Part shown: piece after piece, positions 1 to 11,727 of the stretch | Position numbering within the stretch: position 1 is the first letter of the stretch | Layout: each line of letters starts with the position of its first letter | Assembly (NCBI RefSeq): GCF_011386835.1 | Contig: NC_088792.1 | Coordinates: 53,630,001-53,694,000, forward strand | Origin: Chrysemys picta bellii | Taxonomy: Eukaryota | Length of the DNA stretch: 64,000 nt | Reading direction: 5' to 3' | The notes under the pieces: generated by a model | Seen by the model: only the letters and a program-made list of their open reading frames with translations | The model's database searches: none | What the model was told of the DNA's origin: nothing | Program-made: the position numbers and the translations under genes

Positions 1-1929
1 TTGTTTATATAGGTTGTTTCTAAGTACACACTTGTGTAAACTAAAATGATGTAAAGATGACAAAATGCTAATGAATTAATCTTTGTATATTGTGTTGGAG
101 AATGCCCTGGGCCTTATGACATGCTCTGATGGGCTGTAGGTTGGACACCCTGGTCTAAACTACGGAGGATATACATTGCTAAACTAATATTATACATATA
201 TAGAAAGCAGTGTGTGCTAGCCAGCTTGTTTATAACCCTAGCAGAGAAGCCAAGTACATAACTATCTATTCACGTCTAGAAGAGTTCCCACAAGATCATG
301 TCTGAGGCACATTTCTCCGGGTAGTATAGGGAAGCGTGCACTGTTGGTATCTATGCTCCACCTGTTCTGTGAATATGACTACTGCAAAGTTCCTGGACTA
401 TTAACTTGTCATCTTTCACAACCAACAAATTCACATAACTTTAAAGTTTTAAAGTCATGTTATAGTTTGTTTAGGTTCTGTTTCTGGATCTGACAGTACG
501 TTTTCCATCTCCTCATTTGACTAGGACCCTGGACCATAGTATATGATTCATATTGCAGACCTTAATACTCATTTTGCCAGTTGTCTTTGTAACCAAACGG
601 ACAGGCATATGATAACTGACCAGGTTTCCTCCAATGCTGGTGCCAATGCTAGACTATAATTCATCAAGGAGGAACAAGTGTTTTCTTTACAGAGCTGAAA
701 TGTGTGTGAGCTGTCCCTTTTTCTCTAAGAATTTGAAGCTCAATCACCAAAAATGTATCACACAACAGTGCTGCCAGGCAGATGGTCCAGTAGTAAAATA
801 TTCTCATTAGTAGATCTTTCATTTTATCAGAAATGTACCAGAAATGTAGACTGTATCCTACCATCTCACCATATTAACACTGGTAGAGTCTAGTCCAGCT
901 GCTATAGAAGTCAATGGTCAAATTCCCATTGGAATCAATGAAAAGGATATTGGGATAATCATAGTTTTGTGCCTAGAAGATCATCTTTTTTTAAACAACT
1001 AAATTTATTTTAATTTACCTATCATTGCACAGTACATTTAGCATTTTACTATGCTTTTTTCACTAAGGGAGCTCTTTTATATTCATATTTTTAAAAGATC
1101 AAATTTAGGTTCTACTATACCAGAATATATTTTTATAAAAAACAATATAAAAGCAATGTTTCACAATTTATGGTTATCATTTTGTAAATATGCATCACGA
1201 GATACTTTCACATTTGAACGGTGTGTGGTATATGAGGATGATTTTATCATCCACATGCTCTCACCAGTTTTGTATATATATTTAAATAAAAAAAAACACT
1301 TAGTCTCTGGAAACTTTTTTATATTGAAGTTTTTAATTTAGTATATACATATTCAAGAAAAACATGAGAATATTGTTCTTTACAGACAAAATAAAATGAT
1401 GTGAAAAGAAAATTCAATTGACTACAAGAACAAAACTTGACTTTAGGATACTGCAACCTGTATCTTCTCTCATAATGTTATAGTCATTTCACCCCACCTT
1501 ATGTAGATTTACTGGATGACTTTTGAAACATGGCTTAAAGTAAAATCAGAATATTGGGCATTCTGGATGAAAGATGTTTCCCCTCCGTCCAAATTAGAGA
1601 TTTTAAAGCATGATTTTGAAGAGGAAAGATTGTTTTCTTTTAAATAGAACATTTCTGTTACAACTATTCTCCCATACTGCTGTGCTATTACAAACAGTCT
1701 GCTAACAGAATCTGTGTAGGTTGTGCTGAAATGACTAATATTCTGACATTTGTAGATTTTAGGATCCAATAGAATCCGTTGAAAATAAGTCTGATAAAAT
1801 ATAATTTACATATTGGAAGATCTCTAAATGTTTGACAGAAAGGAGGAATTCAGTTAGAATACTTGTGTGTAGGCACTGCTCACAAGTGTAAGGGTTTCCA
1901 AGATAAACTTCAAGACATTTCTGTGAAAT

Positions 1930-2050
1930 AGATTAGGAATATTACACTTCTTTTCAGAGGCAGAAACTGAGGCACAAGATGGTTAAGTGACTTATCGAAG
2001 GTCACAAAAATCATTTGCAAAGCCAGGAAAAGGATTCAGGAGTCCAGGCT
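1930..2050 (-). mobile_element. MIR/CORE-SINE-like fragment
   Basis: Contains gaaactgaggcacaagatggttaagtgacttatcgaaggtcaca, a close match to the reverse complement of the MIR core. Edges approximate. Confidence 0.55.
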
Positions 2051-3791
2051 CTTATATTCCCATCTCTCATCATTAACAATCCTGCCTCCCTTCTATTTTA
2101 TTTATTTATTTGGTAATATGCCTTTGCAAGATTTTTTTAATTGTTTATATTTCTAGTTATGCTACTAATAATTATCTATCCAGTGACTAAACAAAATGTT
2201 TACAACATGGTTATACTTATACTGCTCTTAATATCTTTTATTATGGAATTGATTTTAAAAGCCCCGTTAAGATTTTATTTTGTAGTCATAGGGCTTATAC
2301 TACAATCAGGCAAAGATACAGTTTAACATAGTAAGTGCTATGCAGGGTACTGTTTTCATTATGATGTATGCCAATGTAAAAATATCTTTTAGGCCCAGTC
2401 TTGCATTCCTTAAGCAGGCAAAACTCTTGTTAGTGCCCAGAGTGTCCATATGGAAGTAGGCAATAGTGTAAAAAGGCATTACTAAGAAAGGATCTTGGCA
2501 GAACAGAGATTTCACCTGTACCAGTGATCATGCTCTATATGACTACATAAAAAAGGAGACAATTCCAGAATGTGCACCCTCTGCGGTAATGCTAGAAAAA
2601 TACTTGTTTAGGTTAACCAAATACTATCCCAAATTGGTTATATTTTTATATATATTTTTAAAAGGAGTTTTCCTTTTCAAATATTTTAGTGCATTCCTTT
2701 TGTTTAATCCTCTTTTTGTTATGTGCTTTGTGTACTGTTAATAATTTATTAAAATATATTGTTGTTCTTGGTCTGATAAGTAGCACACCATGCCATTTAT
2801 GTTTTAAAAAAAGAATTCTGCATTCTGCACCTTGCTACAGTATGGGGGTTTCTTAAATTTGCTTTGCTACCTTCTTATTTGTGGATTTCCTGGCTTATGA
2901 GGCTTTAATTCAAACATTTGAGACACTTAAATGGAATAAATAAAAGGAATCTGACAAAATTAGTTTTTAAAAAGCTTTCCCGTTTGAACAAAAGATCATA
3001 GGGTGTATTCAAAAAAGTGATGAAGACAACCACTTCAATAAGATGTATGAATTTCCATTATTTGCTGTTAAATTCTTTTTTCCTCTTGAGCATATTGTTG
3101 TACTGTCTGATGTAAGACTCCTTTCATTAAGCACTGCAGTATAGCAAATGCTTCTTCAGTGGCAGTAGACTAAGAATGTCTGAACGAAGAATAGTTATGA
3201 TAGATATTTCAGACTGTCTGTGGGTTGTACCTGGCACAAAACATGATCAAAAAGCTTGTTGATAAACTCAGAATTATGATGTGTACAGGGTACAATTTTT
3301 GTCAGTTATAAATGAAAGATGACAGCAAAATGTTTTAACTGAATGACCTTTTCAAATTCTTACTAAAAGAATCTCACATTATTGTGCAGATTTTATTTAT
3401 TGGTTACAAAGTCACTATTTAAAAAAATCATTCATGCAATTGTAAACATGTTTGAATTACTAGACCTGTTGGCAGACATTATGGAAGATCCATAATGTAA
3501 AAAGTTTTGTTAGCTGGAAAGTGTACTAAATTCTGCAAATCATAAATATACAGAAAATACATAGCGGCCTTCTGCATTTCTGCATGAGAATATTCCAAAT
3601 TAAATAGAAACATACTTGAAATGTGTGAGTGTACATTTTTAATCACCCTTCCTGAAAATGTCTGTTTTAATTCAAACTAATGATTCGGAGATTTGGGGGT
3701 AAGTTTTCCATGGGGTGAACTACCCCAAAGTGCTTATAGAGTGGCTTGATTTAATTTTTGAAGAAACACACTATATCTGTTTCTCCTGCAG

Positions 3792-3909
3792 GTGTGATGA
3801 ATGCAGGCTCTGCTACCATTTTGGTTGCCTGGAACCTCCTTTGAAAAAATCTCCAAAACAGACAGGCTATGGATGGATTTGTCAAGAGTGTGATTCTACT
3901 TCCTCTAAA
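3792..3909 (+). CDS. PHF14: PHD finger protein 14, internal coding exon (second half of C-terminal PHD finger)
   Basis: Acceptor tttctcctgcag ends at 3791 and donor gtaagt starts at 3910. After one phase base the exon reads CDECRLCYHFGCLEPPLKKSPKQTGYGWICQECDSTSSK, which I recognise as near-identical to the mammalian PHF14 C-terminal PHD segment. Confidence 0.9.
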
Positions 3910-4981
3910 GTAAGTTAATTCAGTCTGTGAAAATTCAGAGGAGGAGTTCTGGTTTTGCATAGCCTTTTTGAGCAAATCATTGCATAGTTTCTCATCTTGA
4001 GTTTGTGTTTGAACACTTTGCATAGATCTGCATTGAGAAACAGACATTTAATTCTACACAGTTAAAGGTCACACTGCGAGGATTTCATCTTGGCTTTAAC
4101 TGAAGGAGAAAAAAATGCAAAATGGAAATTGTGTTAATTGTCTCGATAAAGGGGAGTTTATTATTCCTCTTAAATATTTTCTTATTACATGATGGTGGTG
4201 ACCCCCATATATATAAGCCCAAAGTATTAAGTTAAAATACCGTATCATTCTTTGCCCCATTATAAGCAGTCAGATATTTTAATAATATAAACCATAACCT
4301 GTGAAGGCATGGTTAATAGTAAATTCATTTAAAAATGTATTCATGAAAGATTTGAAAGTCTACATTTTTTGTTTTTGTTTTTTCCAATGTAAATCAATTG
4401 TGAGGGACATTATTAGGTTAGCATGAAGGATATTTGTAAGGAATAACATTCTAAATTTGTTTGAACTTAAAATTCTCACTACTGAAACATTGTTATATTA
4501 ACGCTACCAACAATCATCGACTTCTGTGTTGTTATCCTGCAAAGGACATAGGATTTTTTTGTTGGGTTTGGTTTTAGTTTATTAACATTTTCCTGAACAT
4601 TAATTTCTTTAGTGTTGGCATGGTTGCCAACACCCTCTAGATGCTTTAAAGAGACACTGTCATCTTGATTTTTCTTTAAAGTGACTAATTTAAAAAATAT
4701 CAATTTTCTGATAGGGCATCATTAAAATAAGAGCTTTTTAAAAAATCTGTTAAATTTCATAAGCTTTTCTGCTGCCTGTTGTTGCTTATTAGGGTATTGT
4801 CGGGAAGAGATAAAATGACTGAATAACTGATTACATAGGGAAATGAACTATAAAGAAAATGCTATCAAACACTCAAAGTTAACAAACAGAAAAAATAGAG
4901 GATCTTTTTCTACTAACTTCTTTAGCTTTTAATAATCTTTCCTAGGTGTATAGTTATTTATAACTAAAGTAGATATGGTAC

Positions 4982-5177
4982 CAAGTATCAGAGGAGTAGC
5001 CGTGTTAGTCTGTATCCACAAAAACAACGAGGAGTCCAGTGGCACCTTAAAGACTAAGATTTATTTGGGCATAAGCTTTTGTGGGTAAAAAACCCACTTC
5101 TTCAGAATCTACCCTCAAAATCTTATGCCCAAATAAATCTGTTAGTCTTTAAAATGCCACTGGGCTCCTTATTGTTT
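4982..5177 (-). mobile_element. Fold-back Penelope-like terminal fragment
   Basis: PLE terminus caagtatcagaggagtagccgtgttagtc on the left. Imperfect inverted arms about 5022-5087 and 5110-5177. Decayed HHR motif on the minus strand (ctgaaga...caaaagcttatgc). Confidence 0.75.
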
Positions 5178-6883
5178 ATAATGTAGATATAAAATTTTTC
5201 AGGCAGAAATAGGATTTTCAAGTTGATGGTGTCCTTTTACAATTGGAAAAATAAAATACTCTGCTTTGCTGGACGTTAATCAAATCATTCTTCCTCGGGA
5301 AGATACAAAGATGGACATTGGAAATTAGCTGTCAACTATAGTTTGGACATCAAGCAGTCTTTCTTGAATACCACTTAAATACAATGGTCACTCCTGGAGT
5401 GAATTATAATTGATATTGAATTCCTGTCACCTCTTAAACCAAAAGGGTTTCTTTATAACATTAGTTAAAATGTTCTGCCTGCTATTTTTTCAGTGTTTTT
5501 GCAAAAGGGCACTTTTTGAAACTCTAAATGTGTATTTGGCCTAACTGGCCAAACTACGCAGATAAACTGCTATGCTTGCTGAATAATTTACCATGACAAT
5601 TAATTCAACATTATTTTATTTTCTGTAAAGTGTGTTAATTTTTAGATATTTTGATGTAAGATGAAATGTTTTGAAAAAATAAAATTGAATTTACAAGCTA
5701 CAATGAACACCGATATTTACTGTAGTTATGTTAAGGATGACTTCACATTTAAAAATATACCAAACAAGATGTTTATTACTGAGACTGATTTTCATTTTTA
5801 ATTCATAAAGACCCATTCTTAAAATTAATATTTAACAATTAAGTCTGATTTATTGCACTGTTTTAAACATAGCCAATTTTAATTATGTTTGAATGAGAAA
5901 ATAATAAATATGATAGGTACTGAGAAAGTTGTCTTATGGGGACTCCTTGTGGCTTTGTTTAGTTACTTAACAAATAATTTTTTCTTGCAAAGCTGTGTAA
6001 AGAAACTATTGGAAAAAAAGCTATGTTGCTGTCCATATTAAGAGATATCTTTATTTTTAGCATACCATATTTTTCTGTAATCTAGTACGCTACATTGTGT
6101 CTAACAAGATCATGTTAACTGAATTAAACTTTTTGTACAGTCCTTCTTTTATATGAAAATAATTTTAAAAGGCTTGATGTTTTCTTTCTTTTCCAATTTC
6201 AATCTGTGGTCTTGTTTTATAGTATATAATTTACACATAATACCCTGCATATATTTCAACAGCCAATAAATACTTATGAATTCTAGAGCTTTTTCCCCCA
6301 CGATAAAGGGGTGGTCTTTTTGGGCTGAGTATAAGTCCATTAGGCAGGAACAGTGTAAGGAATCTGGCATTGTTTGCTGCACTCTGTCTGACCTATGGAT
6401 GAATAGCAGACTTGAGCCACAAGCATTTTCAATCTCTCACTCAACCACTAAATCCAATTTTTGGTATGTCACAAGAAAGTTTCCTGTAAGGATTACAGTA
6501 GTGAAATAGGATTGCCTGTTTCAGCATTTGCCAAGAAGACAATAATGCAGTCTCCTTCCCTTCAGCTGAGAAATCAGACTTTATAAGTAATATTTCCAAA
6601 TGGAAAGTAATACAGGAAATTTAATTTATTTCCTTTGCTATTCATCTGCTTAAATGCAATTTAAGTAATCACTATAGTATGAATTTTAATGCAGATAAAC
6701 AAATTTTAACTTTTCTTAGACAGCGAGTGTTTAAATGTATTGGCCCTAGAAAAAAATTGGACATATAGATTATGTAGTACTTATTGGGTCAATAAAAAGT
6801 GAAGTTATAATACACATGGTTTTGTATAATGATTTTATTGTCCTAATAAAAGGTGATTACATTATCTACCTTTCTAATTATAG

Positions 6884-7075
6884 TTCTTCTTCGAATGCTT
6901 GCTCATGTCGATTCCATTGTAGGTGTGTGCGCGCCCACGTGCGCGGCCATCAGAGACTTTTGCCTTAGCGGTACCTGGAGGGCTGGCTGTGGTGCCCTCT
7001 GGAGTGCTGTGCTCATGGTGCAGTATATCAGGCGCCACCAGCCCTGCGCCCTCTCAGTTCCTTCTTACCACCCAT
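6884..7075 (+). repeat. DIRS left inverted terminal repeat
   Basis: ttcttcttcgaatgcttgctcatgtc...gagacttttgccttagcggta...tatatcaggcgccaccagccctg is an imperfect reverse complement of 11509-11700. Confidence 0.88.
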
Positions 7076-7234
7076 GGTGGTCAGCGGGAGCACCTCTGTC
7101 CCTTGCTTCGCAAGAGATTAGTGGTTTCTCATCTAGCTTAGCCTTGAGCTTTACCTGTAAATAGTTTAATCGTTGTTAGTTAGGTCTTAAGTACCTGTTA
7201 AGTGTTAGTTAGATAGTGTCCCAGTGGGTCTCCA

Positions 7235-9050
7235 GGTTTCAAACCCTGCTCTTCGTGTAACAGGCCTATGCTTGTTAGTGATCCTCACAAGAGTTGTCTA
7301 CAGTGCCTTGGGGAAACCCATATAAAGGAGCACTGTCGCATCTGCTAGAACTTTCATCCGCGGACACGAAGAGAGCAGGACATCATCTCAGGGCCCTCCT
7401 GATGCAGGTTGCCCTGCACCCACCTTCGGAGCTGTCGTGGCCCGAACCGGCACCCAGTACTTCAACTTCAGTGTGTAGCACACCTCCGGCACTGGGGTCC
7501 CTCCGGCACCGATCCCTGTTGCTTGTGCCAAAGAAAAAGACTAAGAAGGTGGCACCAACCAAGCCCAACCAAGGGTCTTTGGGCAAAGGACACTGCTCGG
7601 GCCTTACGCCCACTCCGTGCCCGCTAAAGGGCTCGGGCTTGGGGAGTTTCTCTCCCTGAAAGGGCCTGCCACTGACTCCAGGGAGTGGTAAAGGGCCTAG
7701 GCCGATGGCGCAGTCAACCCCCTCTGAGGCCCTGGCACCTGAGGAGCTGAGAGCGCTTCCGCTGCAGCCAGCACTGCGTGCGGCTCTGGAACCAGCTAAG
7801 GCTCCCCGTGAGGGCAAGTCTGCCAGCAAGGCCTTGCACAAAACAGGCGAGCACCTCCGGTCTCCAGAGCCAAAACAGAGCCCTAGGTCGCCACATTCTT
7901 GGTCTCCACGTGGACCCAGGTCTCCAGCTCGCCACTATGAGTCATAGGCACCATGCTCCCGATCCCCATTGTCGCGCCGAAGCTCGCCCAGGTGTCATCG
8001 ATCTCCGCGGCCCCAGTCTTTGTCTCACTGCTGGTTGTCGTCGCCGAGACCTCGAGACGCTCCCGTTCCCATCACCAGTCTCTGGCGGCGATGGTGAGCT
8101 ATCAGACTCAATCCACCACAGCCTGGTCGCTGGAGGGTGATGATGTCTCAGGCTCGGAGGCGCAGTTCAGCCCCTCGCCCAAGCAACATTATTGGGCTCC
8201 AGAAGGTCCGTCCATGACACTGGTGCCAACGTGGCAGCAGAGCCAGTGGCTGACCCAATGGCCTTATTGGAATGCATGGGGCGTTCCAATCATACCCACT
8301 CCCACCAGCTTCAATTGCCGCATCAGACAGGCCAAAGGCAATGCCCCCGGTACCCTTGGCACTGGGCTTGGTGCAGGACATCCTGGTGGCCGCCACAGGG
8401 GAGGATCCGGTATGCACCCCAAGGCCACCCTCCCCGACAGTTGAAGACACCACCGGACTTCCCCGGTCATCCAATCCTCCTCCTCCTCCCCAGACAAGGT
8501 AGTGGTGGGGCCTCCAGAGCTAGCCCACCAGACAATTTCAGTGAACATCAGGCGCTGCTCCACAGGGTGGCATCCAACTTGGGCCTCAAGGCGGAGGAGA
8601 TGGAGGAGCAGACAGACACATTAAATAATGTGCTCTCCACGTCAGCCCCAGCCCAGATCGTGCTGCCAGTAAATGAGAGGGTTCTGAACATTGCCAAAAC
8701 CATCTGGCAAACCCTGTCCTCCATCCCACCTCTAAAAGGGTGGAAAAGAAGTACTTTGTTCCCGCAAAAGGGTTTGAGTACTTGTACACTCATCTGCCAC
8801 CAGGATGGTTGGTTGTGTAAGTGGCCAATGAAAGGGACAAGCAGGTGCCCACCAGCTCCACCCCTAAAAATAGAGAGGATAAGAGACTGGATTTGTTTGG
8901 TCAAAAAAATTATTCTACGGCCATTCTCCAGTTTCGGGTGGTGAACCACCAGACCTTCTTGGCCCACTACAATTTTAACTTGTGGGACTCTCTCTTCAGG
9001 TTCAAGGACTCCATGTCCCAGGGGGCAGCCCAGGAGTTCACAAGTCCGCA
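7235..9050 (+). pseudogene. DIRS ORF1 (gag-like), disrupted
   Basis: N-terminal Cys/His cluster GFKPCSSCNRPMLVSDPHKSCLQCLGETHIKEHCRIC then a stop. Later EHQALLHRVASNLGL...IAKTIWQT and KRLDLFGQKNYSTAILQFRVVNHQ segments lie in different frames. Confidence 0.75.
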
Positions 9051-9407
9051 GCGGCCCTGTGCTCTCTCCAGATGGCCTGGGACACAACTGATTCAGTGCC
9101 CGAGTGGTCGCCTCAGCAGTGGTCATGCGGTGCCGTTCCTGGCTCCAGACCGCCGGCCTGTCCCAGGAGATGCAGGCCTCTATCCAGGACCTCCTGTTTT
9201 GATGGTGTTGGCCTATTTTTCGACCAAACAAATACGCATCTGCCTGACCTGCAGGATAAAAGGGCAACCCTTTGCTCCTTGGGGATGCACACTCCTCAGA
9301 TGTTCAGGCAGCCGTTCCGGCCCCCTTCGCTACCTAGACAGTGGCAGCCTCGCCAGGGGCCTGCGAGAAAAAGGGACACCAAGTTTAACCGCCGCCGCCC
9401 TTTGTCA

Positions 9408-10375
9408 TCCCGCTACTTCCTGAAGGCAAAAGTGGGACTCAGACCCATTCTGAACCTGCGAGGCCTCAACAAGTTGCTCATGAAGTTGAAGTTCCGCATA
9501 GTATCCCTGGCCACCATCATCCCTTCCCTGGATCCAGGGGACTGGTACACCGCTCTCAACCTAAAGGATGCTTACTTTCATGTCTCCATATTCCCAGGAC
9601 ACAGACTTTTCCTGCCTTTCATAGTGGCGGGGCGCCACTTCCAGTTTACAGTGCCTGCCCTCGGCCCCCAGGGTGTGCATGAAATGCATGGCACTGGTGG
9701 CGGCTTACCTGAGGCATCAAGGGATCCAAATCTCCCCCTATCTCAATGATCGGCTAATCAAAAACAGGTGTCCGGAGCAGGTCCAGAGCAGCTTCGATCT
9801 GGCACACTCCACCTGTAGCAATCAGGGTCTCCTAATAAACACAGAAGAATCCATGTTAACACCCACTCAAGGCATAGAGTTCATCAGAGTGGTTCTCAAC
9901 TCCATGCAGGCCAGGGCCATTCTACCGGAAGCACGCTTTCAAGCTATGTCAGACTTGTTCGGCCACATAAAGAGCCTAAATGTGCCTGTGTCTGATGGGT
10001 CACATGGCTGCAAGCACCTATGTGGTAAGTCACGCCCAACTTCAGCTAAGGCCCCTGCAAGCGTGGCTGTCCTTGGTCTATGTTCCAACAGGCACGCCCT
10101 GGACCGAGTGCTCATGGTGCCGAGCCACGTCCTATCCTCGCTGGGCTGGTGGCAGGATGCCAAGTAGGTGCTGCAGGGAGTTCCCTTCGCAACCCCGTCA
10201 CCCTCGCTCACCTTGATCTCAGATGCGTCGGATCTGAGTTGGGAGACCCATCTGGGCGACCTCAACACCCAGGGTTGTTGGCAACACAACCTAGCCCTCC
10301 ATGTCAACGTCAGGGAGCTCAGGGTGGTTCGCCTGGTATACCAGGCTTTCTTGCCCCACCTGGAAGGCAAAGTGC
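9408..10375 (+). pseudogene. DIRS reverse transcriptase / RNase H, disrupted
   Basis: GLRPILNLRGLN, LNLKDAYFH, PYLND (YLDD-like), ISDASDLSW (TDAS-like) and HVNVRELR (HINxLEL-like), with frameshifts and stops. Confidence 0.88.
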
Positions 10376-10408
10376 CACGTGTTCTGTTCTGTGCTGGGCA
10401 GGGACAAG

Positions 10409-10546
10409 GGCTCCCTGTCGGACGCCTTCCTGATTCCGTGGTCGGGAGCGCAGATGTACGCCTTCCTGCCAGTGCCATTAATTCACAGAATCCTGCTCAA
10501 GATGAAGCAAGGCAGAGCAATGGTCATCCTCATAGCTCCAGTATGG
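10409..10546 (+). pseudogene. DIRS methyltransferase-like domain remnant
   Basis: DAFLIPWSGAQMYAFLPVPLIHRILLKMKQGRAMVILIAPVW matches the YAFPP...VILIAPxW signature of the DIRS MT domain. Confidence 0.7.
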
Positions 10547-10548
10547 CA

Positions 10549-11310
10549 TCCTGGACTATTTGCTGCACATTAAGCTCCTGAGCCTGTCACTGTCCTCCGT
10601 CAGGGTGCACTTGGCAGCCATTTTGGCTTTCCATCCTCTGTTTCACGGCAGGTCAGTCTTCGTCCATCCCATGACAGCACAGTTCCTGAAAGGTCTGGAG
10701 CGCCTTTACCAGCATATCCAGGACCAGGTCCCTCCTTGGGACCAGAATCTTGTGCTGTCTAGGCTCACAGGGCCCCTCTTTGAGCCCCTGGCTTCCTGCT
10801 CCCTTCTGCTTCTCTCCTGGAAGGTCTCCTTTTTGATCGCTATAACTTTGGCCCATAGGGTGTCTGAGATCAGGGCGCTCATGTCGGAGCTGCCTTATAC
10901 AATCTTCTATAAGGACAAGGTCCAGCTACATCCGCACCTGGCTTTTCTGTCCACAGTGTCTTCCAGTTCCATACTGGTCAGGACATATACCTACCGGTCT
11001 TCTGCCCAAAGCCTCATACTACAGATGAGGAATGCAGGCTGCATACTCTGCACATCCAGCGGGCACCAGCCTTCTACATAGAGAGGACGAAGTTGTTCCA
11101 TAAGTCTACACAACTGTTCGTTGCTGTCGCAGACCAGATGAAGGGTTGCCCAGTGTCTGCCCAGAGAATTTTGTCCTGGATCACTGCCTGCATCGGCTAC
11201 TGCTATGAGCTGCCAGGAATCACGACGCCTGTGCCCTAGTCGAGTGAACTGCTCAGGTGCCAATCCAGGAAATCTGCCGTGCCGTGCCCACATCCGTCCA
11301 CACATGTGCT
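10549..11310 (+). pseudogene. DIRS tyrosine recombinase, disrupted
   Basis: FLKGL...PPWDQNLVL...KVSFLIAITLAHRVSEIRAL (catalytic Arg box) and VPIQEICRA. The H-x-x-R and catalytic Tyr regions look deleted or degenerate. Confidence 0.85.
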
Positions 11311-11384
11311 GACCCAGTAAGGTCGGGCTGATGCTGGTTTCAGCAGAGCAGTACTCCAGTCTGCAAGACTGTGAACTCTGAGCC

Positions 11385-11489
11385 CACCTACAATGGAATG
11401 GACATGAGCAAGCATTCGAAGAAGAAAAACGGTTACATACCTTTCATAACTGTTGTTCTTAAAGATGTGTTGCTCATGTCTATTCCATT
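11385..11489 (+). repeat. DIRS internal complementary region (ICR)
   Basis: The first half (cacctacaatggaatggacatgagcaagcattcgaagaagaa) is complementary to the left terminus. The second half (aaaaacggttacatacctttcataactgttg...) is complementary to the right terminus. Confidence 0.88.
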
Positions 11490-11508
11490 ACCCGCCCCTC
11501 TTTCAGAG

Positions 11509-11727
11509 TTGTCGGCAAGAAGGAACCGAGAGGGTTCAGGGCTGGTGGCGCCTGATATACCGTGCCATAAGCACGGCACTCCAGAGGGCATTACAACCGG
11601 CCCTACGGATACCGCTAAGGCAAAAGTCTCCGATGGCCGCGTACGTGGGTGCTCACACACCTACAATGGGATGGACATGAGCAACACATCTCGAAGCAAC
11701 AGTTATGAAAGGTAGGTAACCATTTTT
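11509..11727 (-). repeat. DIRS right inverted terminal repeat plus unique right-end extension
   Basis: Reverse complement of the left ITR, followed by agttatgaaaggtaggtaaccattttt. Confidence 0.88.

Larger units (their letters stand above)
6884..11727 (+). mobile_element. DIRS1-type tyrosine-recombinase retrotransposon, degenerate, with internal deletions
   Basis: Inverted terminal repeats, an internal complementary region (ICR), and remnants of gag, RT/RNase H, methyltransferase and tyrosine recombinase in DIRS order. Right end ...ggtaaccattttt. Confidence 0.92.

Noticed and set aside
6853-8563. Many overlapping Pro/Ser-rich ORFs on both strands
   Set aside because: Alternative frames of the GC-rich DIRS ITR/gag region; not independent genes.
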